From: an uncultured delta proteobacterium
GTDB lineage: Bacteria; Myxococcota_A; Polyangia; Fen-1088
Direction: 5' to 3'
Assembly (NCBI GenBank): GCA_963767925.1
Contig: CAVYGB010000008.1
Location: forward strand, 128,001 to 192,000
Length of the DNA stretch: 64,000 nt
Each line of letters begins with the position of its first letter. Within the stretch, counting starts at the first letter, position 1. Shown piece by piece: positions 19,065 through 28,493 of the stretch. The translations under genes were made by a program, and so were the position numbers. The notes below the pieces were generated by a model. The model had not been told where the DNA came from and did not search any database. It saw only the letters and a list, made by a program, of their open reading frames with translations.

Positions 19065-20876
19065 TCAGATGTCGAGGATCGGTCCCGGCGATGGGGAGCG
19101 CACCGGTTGATTGGGGACCAGCGGGGGACGCAGGTTCACCGGCGCGCGCGGCCGGGGCAGCGGGCGCAAGCGCAACGTCAGGATTGTTTCGTCCGTGGGT
19201 CGAACCGTGATCAGGCGGGTCTCGTAGCCGGGCGCGCGGAAGGTCACGGTGAATGGTGGAGAGCCGGCCGGCAGGCGCAGCGGCAAGGCGACCGGCACGC
19301 CATCGACGAGCGCGACGAGGTCGGGCGGCGCGTCGGCGATCTCGAAGGTGACCGCAGCGACAGGTCCCGGCGCGGAGCCGGGTGAAGCCGGCGCTGCCGC
19401 AGCCGCTGACGACGGTGCTGCCGCATCCGACGCGGGCGCCGCCACCGCCGGTGTCTGGGGGGCGAGCGGGGCGTCGGCGCTCCCTGCGGTCAGGGGATCG
19501 GCCGCGCGGAGGGGCTCGTCGCCCGGGGCTTCGGCGAGGCGCATCAGCAGCCGGCCGGCGGTGGCGAGCACCAGGACCGCCGCCAGCGCCGGCAGCAACA
19601 AGCTCCGGGCGCGGGGGCCGTCCTGGGCCGCCGAGAGCGGATGCGCCGGACGCGGCGAGGTGAAGGTGTCGGCGGCCGCGGCGACCTGCGGGGCCGACGG
19701 TGGCGGCGTGTGCTCGCGCGTCGGAGGGGGAGCGGCGGGCGGCGGCGGGGCCGCGGCGGGGCGGCGGGACTTGCGCGTCGCCAGGCGCGGGTCGCGTGGC
19801 GGAGGCGCGGCCAGGAGCTGGGTGTCGAGCAACGGCGCCGGCCGGGCCGCGGGCGGACCGGAAGATGGCGCGGGCGGCGCTGCCGGAGCCGGGGCCGCCG
19901 CTGGCGCTGCGTAGTAGTCGGACCAGGCCACCTGCTTCTTTGCCGAAGCGTGGGCGAGCAGGGCCGCCCCGAACGCGCGCGCGCTGGCGAAGCGCTGCTC
20001 CGGGTCGGGCGCCATCGCGCGGAGCACCGCCGCCTCGAGCGCGGGCGGCAGCTCCGGCCGCAACCGGGCGGGCGCCACGAACGCACCCGCGGCGATGGCC
20101 CGCAGGACGGCCGGCGCCGTGTCGCCCTCGTACGGCCGCCGCGCCGTGAGGCACTCGTAAAGGACGACGCCCAGCGCGTGCTGGTCGGTGCGGGCGTCGA
20201 CCGGCCGGCCCTGGACCTGCTCGGGCGCCAGGTAATGCGTCGTGCCCAGCAGCGCGCCGGGGTCGGTGAGGGGCGCCCCGCCGGTCAGGTCCTCGACCTT
20301 CGAGATGCCGAAGTCCAGCACCCGCGGCGACACCTCGTCGGCGGACTGGCGGGCGAGGAAGATGTTCCTCGGCTTGAGGTCGCGGTGGATGACCCCCGCC
20401 CCGTGGGCCGCGAACACGCCCGCACACACCGCCAGCAGGATGTCGGCGGCCTCCGCGATCGGCAGGCCGCGCGGGTGGCGATCCAGGCGGTCGCTGAGAT
20501 CCTCGCCACGCAGGAGCTGCATGACGATGAAGGGGCGCTCTCCCTCGGCGCCGTAGTCGATGACGTTGACCACGTGGGGGTGCTGGATCCGCGAGGAGGC
20601 GGCGGCCTCGCGCAGGAACCGCGCCCGGGCCTGGGGATCGGCGGCGGCCTCGTCGCGCAGGACCTTGAGGGCGACAAGCTTGCCCATCTCGGTGTGGACC
20701 GCCTCGTAGACCGAGCCCATGCCCCCCGCGCCCAGCAGGCGCAAGATGCGGTAGCGGCCGAGGGTGAACCCCTCGGGGAGGACGGCGTCGTCGCGGAGCC
20801 GGGGCCGGACCGCCCGGCGGGGGCGCTCGGCCCGCGTGGGGAGGGTGCCGGGCGTGGGTGGGTCGGACCGCTTCAT
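19065..20876 (-). CDS. Hanks-type Ser/Thr protein kinase with TM and PEGA-like C-terminus
   Basis: LGAGGMGSVY, VALKVL, HRDLKPRN, LDFGISK, YLAPEQ, TM helix, APGYET. Confidence 0.95.
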   Translation of the reverse strand: MKRSDPPTPGTLPTRAERPRRAVRPRLRDDAVLPEGFTLGRYRILRLLGAGGMGSVYEAVHTEMGKLVALKVLRDEAAADPQARARFLREAAASSRIQHPHVVNVIDYGAEGERPFIVMQLLRGEDLSDRLDRHPRGLPIAEAADILLAVCAGVFAAHGAGVIHRDLKPRNIFLARQSADEVSPRVLDFGISKVEDLTGGAPLTDPGALLGTTHYLAPEQVQGRPVDARTDQHALGVVLYECLTARRPYEGDTAPAVLRAIAAGAFVAPARLRPELPPALEAAVLRAMAPDPEQRFASARAFGAALLAHASAKKQVAWSDYYAAPAAAPAPAAPPAPSSGPPAARPAPLLDTQLLAAPPPRDPRLATRKSRRPAAAPPPPAAPPPTREHTPPPSAPQVAAAADTFTSPRPAHPLSAAQDGPRARSLLLPALAAVLVLATAGRLLMRLAEAPGDEPLRAADPLTAGSADAPLAPQTPAVAAPASDAAAPSSAAAAAPASPGSAPGPVAAVTFEIADAPPDLVALVDGVPVALPLRLPAGSPPFTVTFRAPGYETRLITVRPTDETILTLRLRPLPRPRAPVNLRPPLVPNQPVRSPSPGPILDI

Positions 20877-21000
20877 GGCTCGCGTCGAGCGCGAGATTGT
20901 ACCCCCCTGTTGCAGGGCGGATGCCAGGGCGCCTACCGGAAAGCGGAAGAAAAAGCGACAGTCGCCCGCAACTCCCGACCGTCCGCACCGAAACCTGCGC

Positions 21001-22644
21001 GTGGCTCTCCTTGGCGATTCGACAAAGGTTCCGGCGCTCGACGGCTCGACTCGGGGCGGGGCTCCCCAGGTGGTCCCCGCCCTGACCATCGTCTGGCACC
21101 CCGATCCGGCGCGGGTAGGGGAGCTGTGCCCGCTGCCGGGGCTGGCCAGCGGGGAGCCGGTGTCGCTGGCCCGCCTGGCGCCGCTGTTCAGCCAGCCGGG
21201 CGCGCGCGACCCCCGGGGCCTGGAGGACAACCACCTCAGCCGCTCGACCCCCGCCCTGCTGATCCTGACCGACGCGCACGGCCAGCTCGAGCTCCGGCCC
21301 GGCGGGGGCGAAGTCCCCGCCGAGGTGCACGGGGCTCCCCTGCAGCGGCCGACCACCCTGGCCGCCGCCGAGCTGGAGGCGGGGGTCATCGTGACCCTCG
21401 CCCGCCGGATCGTCCTCTGCCTGCACCTGGTGCGCCTGCCGGTGGTGCGCGGACCCCAGCTCGGCCTCTGTGGCGGCAGCGACGCCATGGAGCGCGTGCG
21501 CCAGCTCATCGGCCGGGTGGCCAACCTCGACGTGCCCGTGCTCGTGCGCGGGGAGACCGGCACCGGCAAGGAGATGGTGGCGCGGGCCCTCGTCGAGTCG
21601 GGCGCCCGCGCGAGCCGACCCCTCGTCTCGGTCAACATGGCGGCGGTCTCGCCGAGCACGGCGGTCGCCGAGCTGTTCGGCCACGAGCGGGGCGCCTTCA
21701 CCGGGGCGGCGGTCGCCCGCAGCGGCTACTTCGGTCAGGCCGCTGGTGGCACCCTGTTCCTCGACGAGGTCGGCCTGACCCCCCGCGAGCTGCAGACCAT
21801 GTTGCTGCGGGTGCTGGAGACCGGCGAGGTGATGCCGGTGGGGGCCGCCCGGGGACAGCGGAGCGACGTCCGCGTGGTCTCCGCCACCGACGCCGACCTG
21901 GAGCGGGACATCGCCGCCCGCACCTTCTCCGAACCCCTGTTTCACCGCCTGGCGGGCTTCCAGATCGTCCTGCCTCCCCTGCGCGAGCGGCGCGAGGACA
22001 TCGGCTCGCTCCTCCTGCTCTTCCTCCAGCGCGAGCTGGAGGCGGTCGGCGCCGCCGAGCAGCTCGAGGCGGAGGCGGGGGGCCGGCCCTGGCTGTCCGC
22101 GGCCCAGGTCGCCCGCCTGGCCATGGCCGCCTGGCCGGGGAACGTGCGGGCCCTCCGCAACGCCGTCCGGCAGATGGTGATCGCCGGCCACTCCGAGCCC
22201 CGGGCCTGCCTCGACGAGGCCGTCGAGCGCCTGATGGATCCGGCGGCGGTCCGCAGCGAGACGCCGACCCCCACGCCGGTGCGGACCCCCACCCCGACCG
22301 TCACGCCCACGCCCGTGCGCAGCGGGCGCGAGATCGACCTCGATGCCTTCTACGCCTGCTACCAGCGCAACGGCTGGAGCGCGACCGCCACCGCGGCCGA
22401 GCTGGGGATTCCCCGCACCACCGTGATCGCCCTCCGCGACCGCCACCCGCGCCTGCGCAACCCCAACCGCATCCCTCCGTCGGAGCTGCAGGTCGCCCTG
22501 CGCGAATGCAACGGCGATCTCTCGCTGCTGGCCGAGCGGCTGAAGGTCTCCCGCCGCGGGCTGCAGCTCCGGCTGTCGCAGATCTCCAACGACGAGGCGG
22601 ACCGGGAGCCGGTGCCAGCCGGTCGGTCCGGCGCCGCCGGCTGA
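21001..22644 (+). CDS. Sigma-54-dependent Fis-family regulator with FHA-like N-terminus (no receiver)
   Basis: DNHLSR (FHA-like), [36 protein letters not shown]; start approximate (GTG 21001). Confidence 0.9.
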   Translation: MALLGDSTKVPALDGSTRGGAPQVVPALTIVWHPDPARVGELCPLPGLASGEPVSLARLAPLFSQPGARDPRGLEDNHLSRSTPALLILTDAHGQLELRPGGGEVPAEVHGAPLQRPTTLAAAELEAGVIVTLARRIVLCLHLVRLPVVRGPQLGLCGGSDAMERVRQLIGRVANLDVPVLVRGETGTGKEMVARALVESGARASRPLVSVNMAAVSPSTAVAELFGHERGAFTGAAVARSGYFGQAAGGTLFLDEVGLTPRELQTMLLRVLETGEVMPVGAARGQRSDVRVVSATDADLERDIAARTFSEPLFHRLAGFQIVLPPLRERREDIGSLLLLFLQRELEAVGAAEQLEAEAGGRPWLSAAQVARLAMAAWPGNVRALRNAVRQMVIAGHSEPRACLDEAVERLMDPAAVRSETPTPTPVRTPTPTVTPTPVRSGREIDLDAFYACYQRNGWSATATAAELGIPRTTVIALRDRHPRLRNPNRIPPSELQVALRECNGDLSLLAERLKVSRRGLQLRLSQISNDEADREPVPAGRSGAAG

Positions 22645-22668
22645 GGCTCGCGGTCGGTCCGGCGCGGT

Positions 22669-23460
22669 CTACTTCTCGACGAAGGCGCGCTCGATGACGT
22701 ATTGGCCCTGGCCGTCGCTGCTCCCCTCCTCGAAGCCGCGGGGCTCGAGCAGGCTGACGAGGTCGCCGAGGGCCGAGGGGCTGCCGCAGATCATCACCCG
22801 GTCGTGCTCCGGCGCGAGCGGGGGCAGGCCCAGGTCGGCGCACATCTTGCCGTTCTCCACCAGGTTGGTGATGCGCCCCTGGTTGCGGAAGGGCTCGCGG
22901 GTGACGGTGGGGTAATAGAGGAGCTGCTGGGCGGCCGCGTCGCCGACCAGCTCGTGCCGGGCCAGCTCGCTCTCGATGTATTCGCGGTAGCCGAGGTCGC
23001 TGATGCGGCGGACGCCGTGGGCGACGATCACCTGCTCGTAGCGCTCGTAGGTCTCGGGATCGCGGATGATGCTCATGAACGGCGCCAGGCCCGTGCCGGT
23101 GGCGAACAGGTACAGGCGCTTGCCGGGCTGGAGGTTGTCGAGGAGCAGGGTGCCGGTTGGCTTGCGGCTGACCAGCACGGAGTGGCCGGGCGCGACGTGT
23201 TGCAGCCGGGAGGTGAGGGCGCCGTCAGCGACCTTGATGCTGAAGAACTCCAGGTGCTCGTCGTAGTTCGCGCTCACCAGGCTGTAGGCCCGCAGCAGCG
23301 GCCGGCCGTCGACCTCGAGGCCCATCATGACGAAGTGGCCGTTGCGGAAGCGGAACCCGGGGTTGCGGGTGGTCTTGAAGCTGAACAGCGAGTCGTTCCA
23401 GTGGTGCACACTGATGACGCGTTCTTCGTTGAAGGCCTGGCGGGGATTGGCGGTTGTCAC
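22669..23460 (-). CDS. fpr: Ferredoxin--NADP+ reductase (bacterial subclass I)
   Basis: VHHWNDSLFSF, RAYS, GALTSRL, TGTGLAPF, VTRE, MICGSP, terminal RAFVEK. Confidence 0.95.
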   Translation of the reverse strand: MTTANPRQAFNEERVISVHHWNDSLFSFKTTRNPGFRFRNGHFVMMGLEVDGRPLLRAYSLVSANYDEHLEFFSIKVADGALTSRLQHVAPGHSVLVSRKPTGTLLLDNLQPGKRLYLFATGTGLAPFMSIIRDPETYERYEQVIVAHGVRRISDLGYREYIESELARHELVGDAAAQQLLYYPTVTREPFRNQGRITNLVENGKMCADLGLPPLAPEHDRVMICGSPSALGDLVSLLEPRGFEEGSSDGQGQYVIERAFVEK

Positions 23461-23545
23461 GGCTGGGGTCCTCGGCAGCGGTTGATGTCCGTCAGTCTAG
23501 GGGTGGGCCCTTGATTGGCAAAACCGGATGTTTTGATATAGACGT

Positions 23546-23558
23546 TCGGAAATACCGA
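23546..23558. promoter_or_regulatory. LysR T-N11-A operator between fpr and finR
   Basis: TCGG-AAATA-CCGA dyad in an AT-rich divergent promoter, abutting the finR start. Confidence 0.55.
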
Positions 23559-23559
23559 T

Positions 23560-24462
23560 ATGCGATACAGCCTGCGGCAGCTCGAGGTGTTTCTGGCCGT
23601 CGCCCGCGTGGAGAGCGTGCGGCGGGCCGCCCAGGCGCTCGCCATGTCGCAGTCGGCCGCCAGCGGGTCGCTGGCCGAGCTGGAGCGCCAGTTCGGGATC
23701 CAGCTCTTCGATCGAGTGGGCAAGCGGTTGCAGCTCAGCGAGCTGGGGCGGGGCTTGCGGGCCCAGGCCGAGGCCACCCTGGACCAGGCCCGCGACCTCG
23801 AGCGGGCGCTGGCCAGCCAGGCGGGGGTGGGACGGCTGCGGATCGGCGCCACTCTCACCATCGGCAACTACCTGGCGGTGCCGCTGATGGCCCGGTTCAT
23901 GCGCGAGAACCCCGAGGCCGAGCTGACCCTCGCGGTGGCCAACACCGAGGAGATCGCCCGCCAGGTGGCCAACTTCGAGATCGACGTGGCCCTCATCGAG
24001 GGGGAGGTCGAGCACCCCGAGCTGGAGGTGAGCCCCTGGCGCGACGACGAGCTGGTCGTGTTCTGCGCCCCGGGGCACCCCTTCGCCCGCAAGCGGTCGC
24101 TCCGGGACGAGGACCTGCAGCGGGCGGCCTGGATCGTGCGCGAGCAGGGCTCGGGCACCCGCCAGACCTTCGACCGGGCCATGCGGGGGCTGCTGCCCGG
24201 GCTGCACATCGCCCTGGCCCTGCAGCACACCGAGGCCATCAAGGAGGCGGTGGCCGCCCGGCTGGGGCTGGGCTGCGTCTCCCGCATCGCCCTGCGCGAG
24301 CCCTTCTCCCGGGGTCTCCTGCGCCCGTGCCGGGTGCCCCACCGCGACTTCCGGCGGAAGTTCTACTTTCTCCTCCACAAGCGCAAGTTCCGTGGCACCG
24401 GCATCAAGCGCTGGCTCCAGCTCTGTCAGGAGAGCCCCGGCGAGGAGCGGCCGCTCGGCTGA
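23560..24462 (+). CDS. finR: LysR-type regulator FinR, divergent from fpr
   Basis: MRYSLRQLEVF HTH, GATLTIGNYL, REQGSGTR, LQHTEAIK; same arrangement as Pseudomonas finR-fpr. Confidence 0.85.
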   Translation: MRYSLRQLEVFLAVARVESVRRAAQALAMSQSAASGSLAELERQFGIQLFDRVGKRLQLSELGRGLRAQAEATLDQARDLERALASQAGVGRLRIGATLTIGNYLAVPLMARFMRENPEAELTLAVANTEEIARQVANFEIDVALIEGEVEHPELEVSPWRDDELVVFCAPGHPFARKRSLRDEDLQRAAWIVREQGSGTRQTFDRAMRGLLPGLHIALALQHTEAIKEAVAARLGLGCVSRIALREPFSRGLLRPCRVPHRDFRRKFYFLLHKRKFRGTGIKRWLQLCQESPGEERPLG

Positions 24463-24877
24463 GGCCAAGGCCCGGCCGTTCCGGTCAGCCCCGGGCGCGG
24501 CTGACCGGTGTCGATCACCAGCCCCGGCCCGCGCCCCATCGGGGGGCACCAGGATCACGAGGCCCGCGGCGAGCAGAGGGACCAGCGCCCGGGCCAGCAT
24601 GCGGTCCCGCGGGCGATTCAGCGATGTCGGCTGTCGTCGGCGCACCGCCATAAACGCAGCCTCGGGTGGGAACGTTTCGGGCCAGCCGGGAAATTCAGGC
24701 CGAACGCGCAGTTAACCCCGGCGGGCTCCGTCGGGTCGCCGCTGGCCCCGCGAAAGATTTGCGGCCCGCGCCGGAGGCGAGCTTCGTGCTTCCTCGCGAT
24801 CGGCCCGATGGCTCTCGCCCCGCGCGAGCCCATGTTCTCCCGGCGCCCCTTTTCGCGGGGCGCGAGGAGGTTGCCCC

Positions 24878-26044
24878 GTGCGCTTCGTGATGTTTTACCA
24901 CTCGCTCGTCTCGGACTGGAACAACGGGAACGCCCACTTCCTCCGGGGGATCGCCAGCGAGCTGCAGGCCCGGGGCCACGAGGTGATCGTCCGGGAGCCC
25001 GCCGGTGGCTGGAGCCGGCACAACCTGCTCGTCGATCACGGCCCCGGCGCCCTCGACGCCTTCGCCCGGGCCTATCCCGGCCTGCGCAGTGAGCTCTACG
25101 AGGCCGGAGAGCTCGACCTCGAGGCGGCCATCGCCGGCGCCGACGTGGTCATCGTCCACACCTGGAACGAGCGCCCGCTCGTCGAGGACCTCGGGCGGCT
25201 GGTGGCCCGCCTCCGCCCGGGCGGCCCCCGGCTGCTGTTTCACGACACCCACCACCGACTGGTCTCCGACCCGGAGGCCATGGCGGCCCTCGATCTCGCC
25301 GGCTACGACGGGGTGCTCGCCTTCGGGGCGGTCCTGGCCGACCGGTACCGCGCCGGTGGACGCTGCCGCCGGGCCTACGTCTGGCACGAGGCGGCCGACA
25401 CGCGGGTCTTCTTTCCCCGGGCCCGTCCGGTCGAGGCCGATCTGGTCTGGGTGGGAAACTGGGGGGACGACGAGCGGATCCGGCAGCTCGAGGAGCTCCT
25501 GATCGAACCGGTGCGCGAGCTGGGGCTGTCGGCGCGCGTGTACGGCGTCCGCTATCCCAGCTCGGCCCAGGGCGCGCTGGCCCGGGCGGGCATCGAATAC
25601 CGGGGCCGGATCGCCAACTTCGAGGTGCCCGAGGTGTTCGCCCGCCACCGCCTCACCCTGCACATCCCCCCCCGGCCGTACACAACGATGTTGCCTGGCA
25701 TCCCAACCATCCGCCCCTTCGAGGCCCTGGCCTGCGCCATCCCGCTCGTCTCGGCCCCCTGGTCGGATCGAGAGGCCCTGTTCTCCGCGGACCGTGACTA
25801 CCTTGTCGCCCGCGACGGCCGCGAGATGAAGCGCCAGATCGCCCGCCTGCTGGCCCAGCCCGCCGCCGCCCGCCGGCTCGCCGACGCCGGGCTGGCCCGC
25901 ATCCGGGAGGCCCACACCTGCGGCCACCGGGTCGACCGGCTGCTCGCCATCCTGGCCGACATCCAGCGCCAGGATCGCGCCGCCGAGCGCGCCGCCGATC
26001 GCGCCGAACGGGCCGCCGCCCGGACCGGAGCGTCCCCGCCCTGA
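24878..26044 (+). CDS. CgeB-like glycosyltransferase (Glyco_trans_1_2)
   Basis: HSLVSDWNNGNAHFLRG, HDTHHR, WHEAAD, GNWGDDER, PTIRPFEALAC. Confidence 0.85.
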   Translation: MRFVMFYHSLVSDWNNGNAHFLRGIASELQARGHEVIVREPAGGWSRHNLLVDHGPGALDAFARAYPGLRSELYEAGELDLEAAIAGADVVIVHTWNERPLVEDLGRLVARLRPGGPRLLFHDTHHRLVSDPEAMAALDLAGYDGVLAFGAVLADRYRAGGRCRRAYVWHEAADTRVFFPRARPVEADLVWVGNWGDDERIRQLEELLIEPVRELGLSARVYGVRYPSSAQGALARAGIEYRGRIANFEVPEVFARHRLTLHIPPRPYTTMLPGIPTIRPFEALACAIPLVSAPWSDREALFSADRDYLVARDGREMKRQIARLLAQPAAARRLADAGLARIREAHTCGHRVDRLLAILADIQRQDRAAERAADRAERAAARTGASPP

Positions 26045-26190
26045 CATCCAACCGGCACCTGACGCGCCCTGGGCGCCGGGCGATGCGCCGTGTCCCCCTG
26101 CCGATCCGCAGCGGACGCAAACGTTGTCCGAGCGGCGGTCCGGCCGGACGGCCTTTCCCGACGCCGGGTGGGTGGTAGGCTCGCGCCACC

Positions 26191-27186
26191 ATGAGACACG
26201 CCAAAGCAGCCCTTCGCTTTCTGCCGGTCCCCGGCGTGGCCCTCGCCGCCGCGCTGCTGGTCGCCGCGCCCGCGGTGTCCACCGCGGCGCCGGCCAAGAT
26301 GAAGATCGGTTACAACACCGACGACCTCGAGAAAGCCAAGACCACCGGCTTCGACTACGCCGAGATCCTCGTCCGCAACTTCACCCGCATGAGCGACGAG
26401 GAGTTCGCCAAGCTCCTCGAGAAGCACAAGGCGGTGGGGCTGCCCACGCCGGTCGGCAACAACTTCATCCCCGCCGACCTCAAGATGGTCGGGCCCGAGA
26501 TCGACAAGGAAAAGCAGATGGAGTACGTGCGCAAGGCCTTCGACCGGGCGCAGAAGCTGGGCGTGAAGGTCATCGTGCTCGGCAGCGGCGGCGCCCGCAA
26601 GGTGCCCGACGGGTTCTCCAAGGACGAGGCCTGGAAGCAGCTCGTGGAGTTCGCCAAGCGCATCGCGCCCGAGGCGAAGAAGAAGGGCGTTGTGGTGGCG
26701 GTCGAGCCGCTGCAGACCCGCGAGACGAACACCATCAACACGGCGGCCGAGGGCCTCAAGTGGGTCCAGGCGGTGGGTCACCCGAACTTCCAGCTCATGG
26801 TCGACTTCTATCACCTGTCCCTGGAGAAGGAGGACCCGGCCATCCTCGTGACCGCGCGCAAGCACATCAAGCACATCCACATCGCAAACCCCAACCAGCG
26901 GCGCTTCCCCCAGTCGTCCGAGGAGTTCGACTACTCGACCTTCTTCGCCAACCTCAAGAAGATCAAGTACACGGGTGGCATCAGCATCGAGGGGCGCACC
27001 AGCGACTACGACAACGAGGGCCCCAAGGCGCTGGCCTTCCTCCGCTCGGCGGTAGCCTCCGAGGTCAAGCCCCCGACCAACCCGCCGCCCGCCGCCGCCC
27101 CCGCCGCCCCGGCCCCCACCGCCGCCCCCGCCGCGCCCGCCCCCTCGGCCACGCCGACCAACACCAAGCCCCCGGCCACGCCGTGA
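26191..27186 (+). CDS. Sugar phosphate isomerase/epimerase family TIM barrel with signal peptide
   Basis: VLGSGGAR, VEPL..ETN, DFYH, HIHIA, ISIE; Pro/Ala tail. Confidence 0.85.
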   Translation: MRHAKAALRFLPVPGVALAAALLVAAPAVSTAAPAKMKIGYNTDDLEKAKTTGFDYAEILVRNFTRMSDEEFAKLLEKHKAVGLPTPVGNNFIPADLKMVGPEIDKEKQMEYVRKAFDRAQKLGVKVIVLGSGGARKVPDGFSKDEAWKQLVEFAKRIAPEAKKKGVVVAVEPLQTRETNTINTAAEGLKWVQAVGHPNFQLMVDFYHLSLEKEDPAILVTARKHIKHIHIANPNQRRFPQSSEEFDYSTFFANLKKIKYTGGISIEGRTSDYDNEGPKALAFLRSAVASEVKPPTNPPPAAAPAAPAPTAAPAAPAPSATPTNTKPPATP

Positions 27187-27190
27187 GGCA

Positions 27191-27354
27191 CTAGTGCACC
27201 GCTCTCGAAATAGCGTCAAGGATCCGCCGACAAGCCTGCGGCCCCGCGAGGCGCGACGACGACGAATATCCGGCATATTCCGAGGAGGAGCAACGAAGCG
27301 GGGGCGCAGGATTGTCGGCGCAGCCTTGACGATATTTCGCGAGCGGTGCACTAG
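27191..27354. mobile_element. MITE-like non-autonomous element, 164 bp, long terminal inverted repeats bounded by CTAG
   Basis: 27191-27247 matches the reverse complement of 27298-27354 at 51/57 nt (manual count); internal GAATAT..ATATTC mini-hairpin; non-coding. Confidence 0.65.
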
Positions 27355-27384
27355 ACTAGTCCCCTGGAACGGTGGGCCCGACCG

Positions 27385-27452
27385 CTCACCCTCCCTCTCC
27401 GCCGAATGTTCGCCCTCGCCCCGCGGCAGCGGGGAGAGGGAGGGGTGAGGGG
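27385..27452. repeat. REP-like CCCTCTCCC/GGGAGAGGG palindrome
   Basis: CTCACCCTCCCTCTCC..CCCTCGCCCCGC-GGCA-GCGGGGAGAGGG-AGGGGTGAG nested inverted repeats between convergent genes. Confidence 0.55.
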
Positions 27453-27506
27453 TCTCCGCACGAACCGGGCGGTGAACCAGCAGACAGATCGCGGCCGCTG
27501 CCCGGG

Positions 27507-28457
27507 TCAGCGGAGGCCGAGCACCTGACACTCGGGCGCCGCCAGTTGCTGGCGGTCGAGCTCGCGCAGCAAGCGGCCAAGCTGGGCCACCCCCGCGGGG
27601 ATGGCTCGGCAGCCGTTGGGGCTGGCGCAGCCCTGGCCGATCAGCACCCCGCGGCCGTCGGCCCGCTTCACCTCGAGGACGGTGCCGTCGACCGGTCTCG
27701 TGTCGCGGCCGAACAGGGGCGGCGCCGCCTCGGCGAGCGCGCTGCGGACGTCGGGGTGCCGGAAGGCGCCCTCGATCTCGCTGGCGGTGATGGCGCCGCT
27801 GGTCCCGCAGGCGGGCAGCGCCGGCGCGCAGGAGAGGAGGGGGGTTCCCACCACGACGGGTGAGCGCACGCGGGAGTAGCGGTTGCCGGGCTCGAGGAAC
27901 GACCGTTCGGTGAACAGGCGCAGTCCGCCGATGTCTCCGTATTCGTAGCGGGCGGCCAGCTCGCACACCGGCGGGCAGCCGATGCGGGTGCAGGCGGCCT
28001 GACCGCCGGCCAGGCAGGTGCAGGTGTTGCAGCCATCTTCGGCGGGGAAGCGCTCACCTGGCTGGTACATCGCGCTGCCCACCACACACACGGCCAGCTC
28101 GCTCGCGTCCGCTCCGGGTGCGGCGGCGTCCGGCGTCGCCACCAGTGGGCCTTCGGGCCCGGGCGAGGGGCCGGCGTCCGGCGCCGGCGAGGAGGCGGGC
28201 GGTGGCAGCGCGGGCGTCGGCACCGCGGCCCCGTCCACGCAGGCCACCTTCGTGCAGGAGACGGTCGCGTCCCCGTTGCACGCGCAGGTATTGCAGCCGT
28301 CGGTGGCGGGGAAGGTGGATCCGGCCGCGTGCTCGCTGCCGCCGTAGCTGCAGGCGAGGACCGGCGGATCGACCCCCCGACAGGCCCCCCCGAGGCCGGC
28401 GGCCAGCGCGAGCATCAGGGGGATGAGCCGGACGTTGCCAGTCGGCGCGCGGTTCAT
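27507..28457 (-). CDS. Lipoprotein with two pacifastin-like (I19) Cys domains
   Basis: Lipobox LGGAC; C..GSTFPATDGCNTCACNGDATVSCTKVAC and C..PGERFPAEDGCNTCTCLAGGQAACTRIGC; GGAGGA RBS. Confidence 0.75.
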   Translation of the reverse strand: MNRAPTGNVRLIPLMLALAAGLGGACRGVDPPVLACSYGGSEHAAGSTFPATDGCNTCACNGDATVSCTKVACVDGAAVPTPALPPPASSPAPDAGPSPGPEGPLVATPDAAAPGADASELAVCVVGSAMYQPGERFPAEDGCNTCTCLAGGQAACTRIGCPPVCELAARYEYGDIGGLRLFTERSFLEPGNRYSRVRSPVVVGTPLLSCAPALPACGTSGAITASEIEGAFRHPDVRSALAEAAPPLFGRDTRPVDGTVLEVKRADGRGVLIGQGCASPNGCRAIPAGVAQLGRLLRELDRQQLAAPECQVLGLR

Positions 28458-28493
28458 GGTCTCCTCCAGCATGACCTATGGACACGCTGGTCG

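Noticed and set aside
18901..22697. Very long alternative-frame or antisense ORFs (e.g. 18901-22446, 19641-22697, most of 29141-34090, 59353-62526)
   Set aside because: Arg/Gly/Pro-rich shadow ORFs expected in very GC-rich DNA, overlapping genes with clear motifs.
24463..24651. Signal-peptide-like minus-strand ORF start (MLARALVPLLAAG..)
   Set aside because: Continues antisense through finR with no recognisable domain; cannot be supported as a gene.
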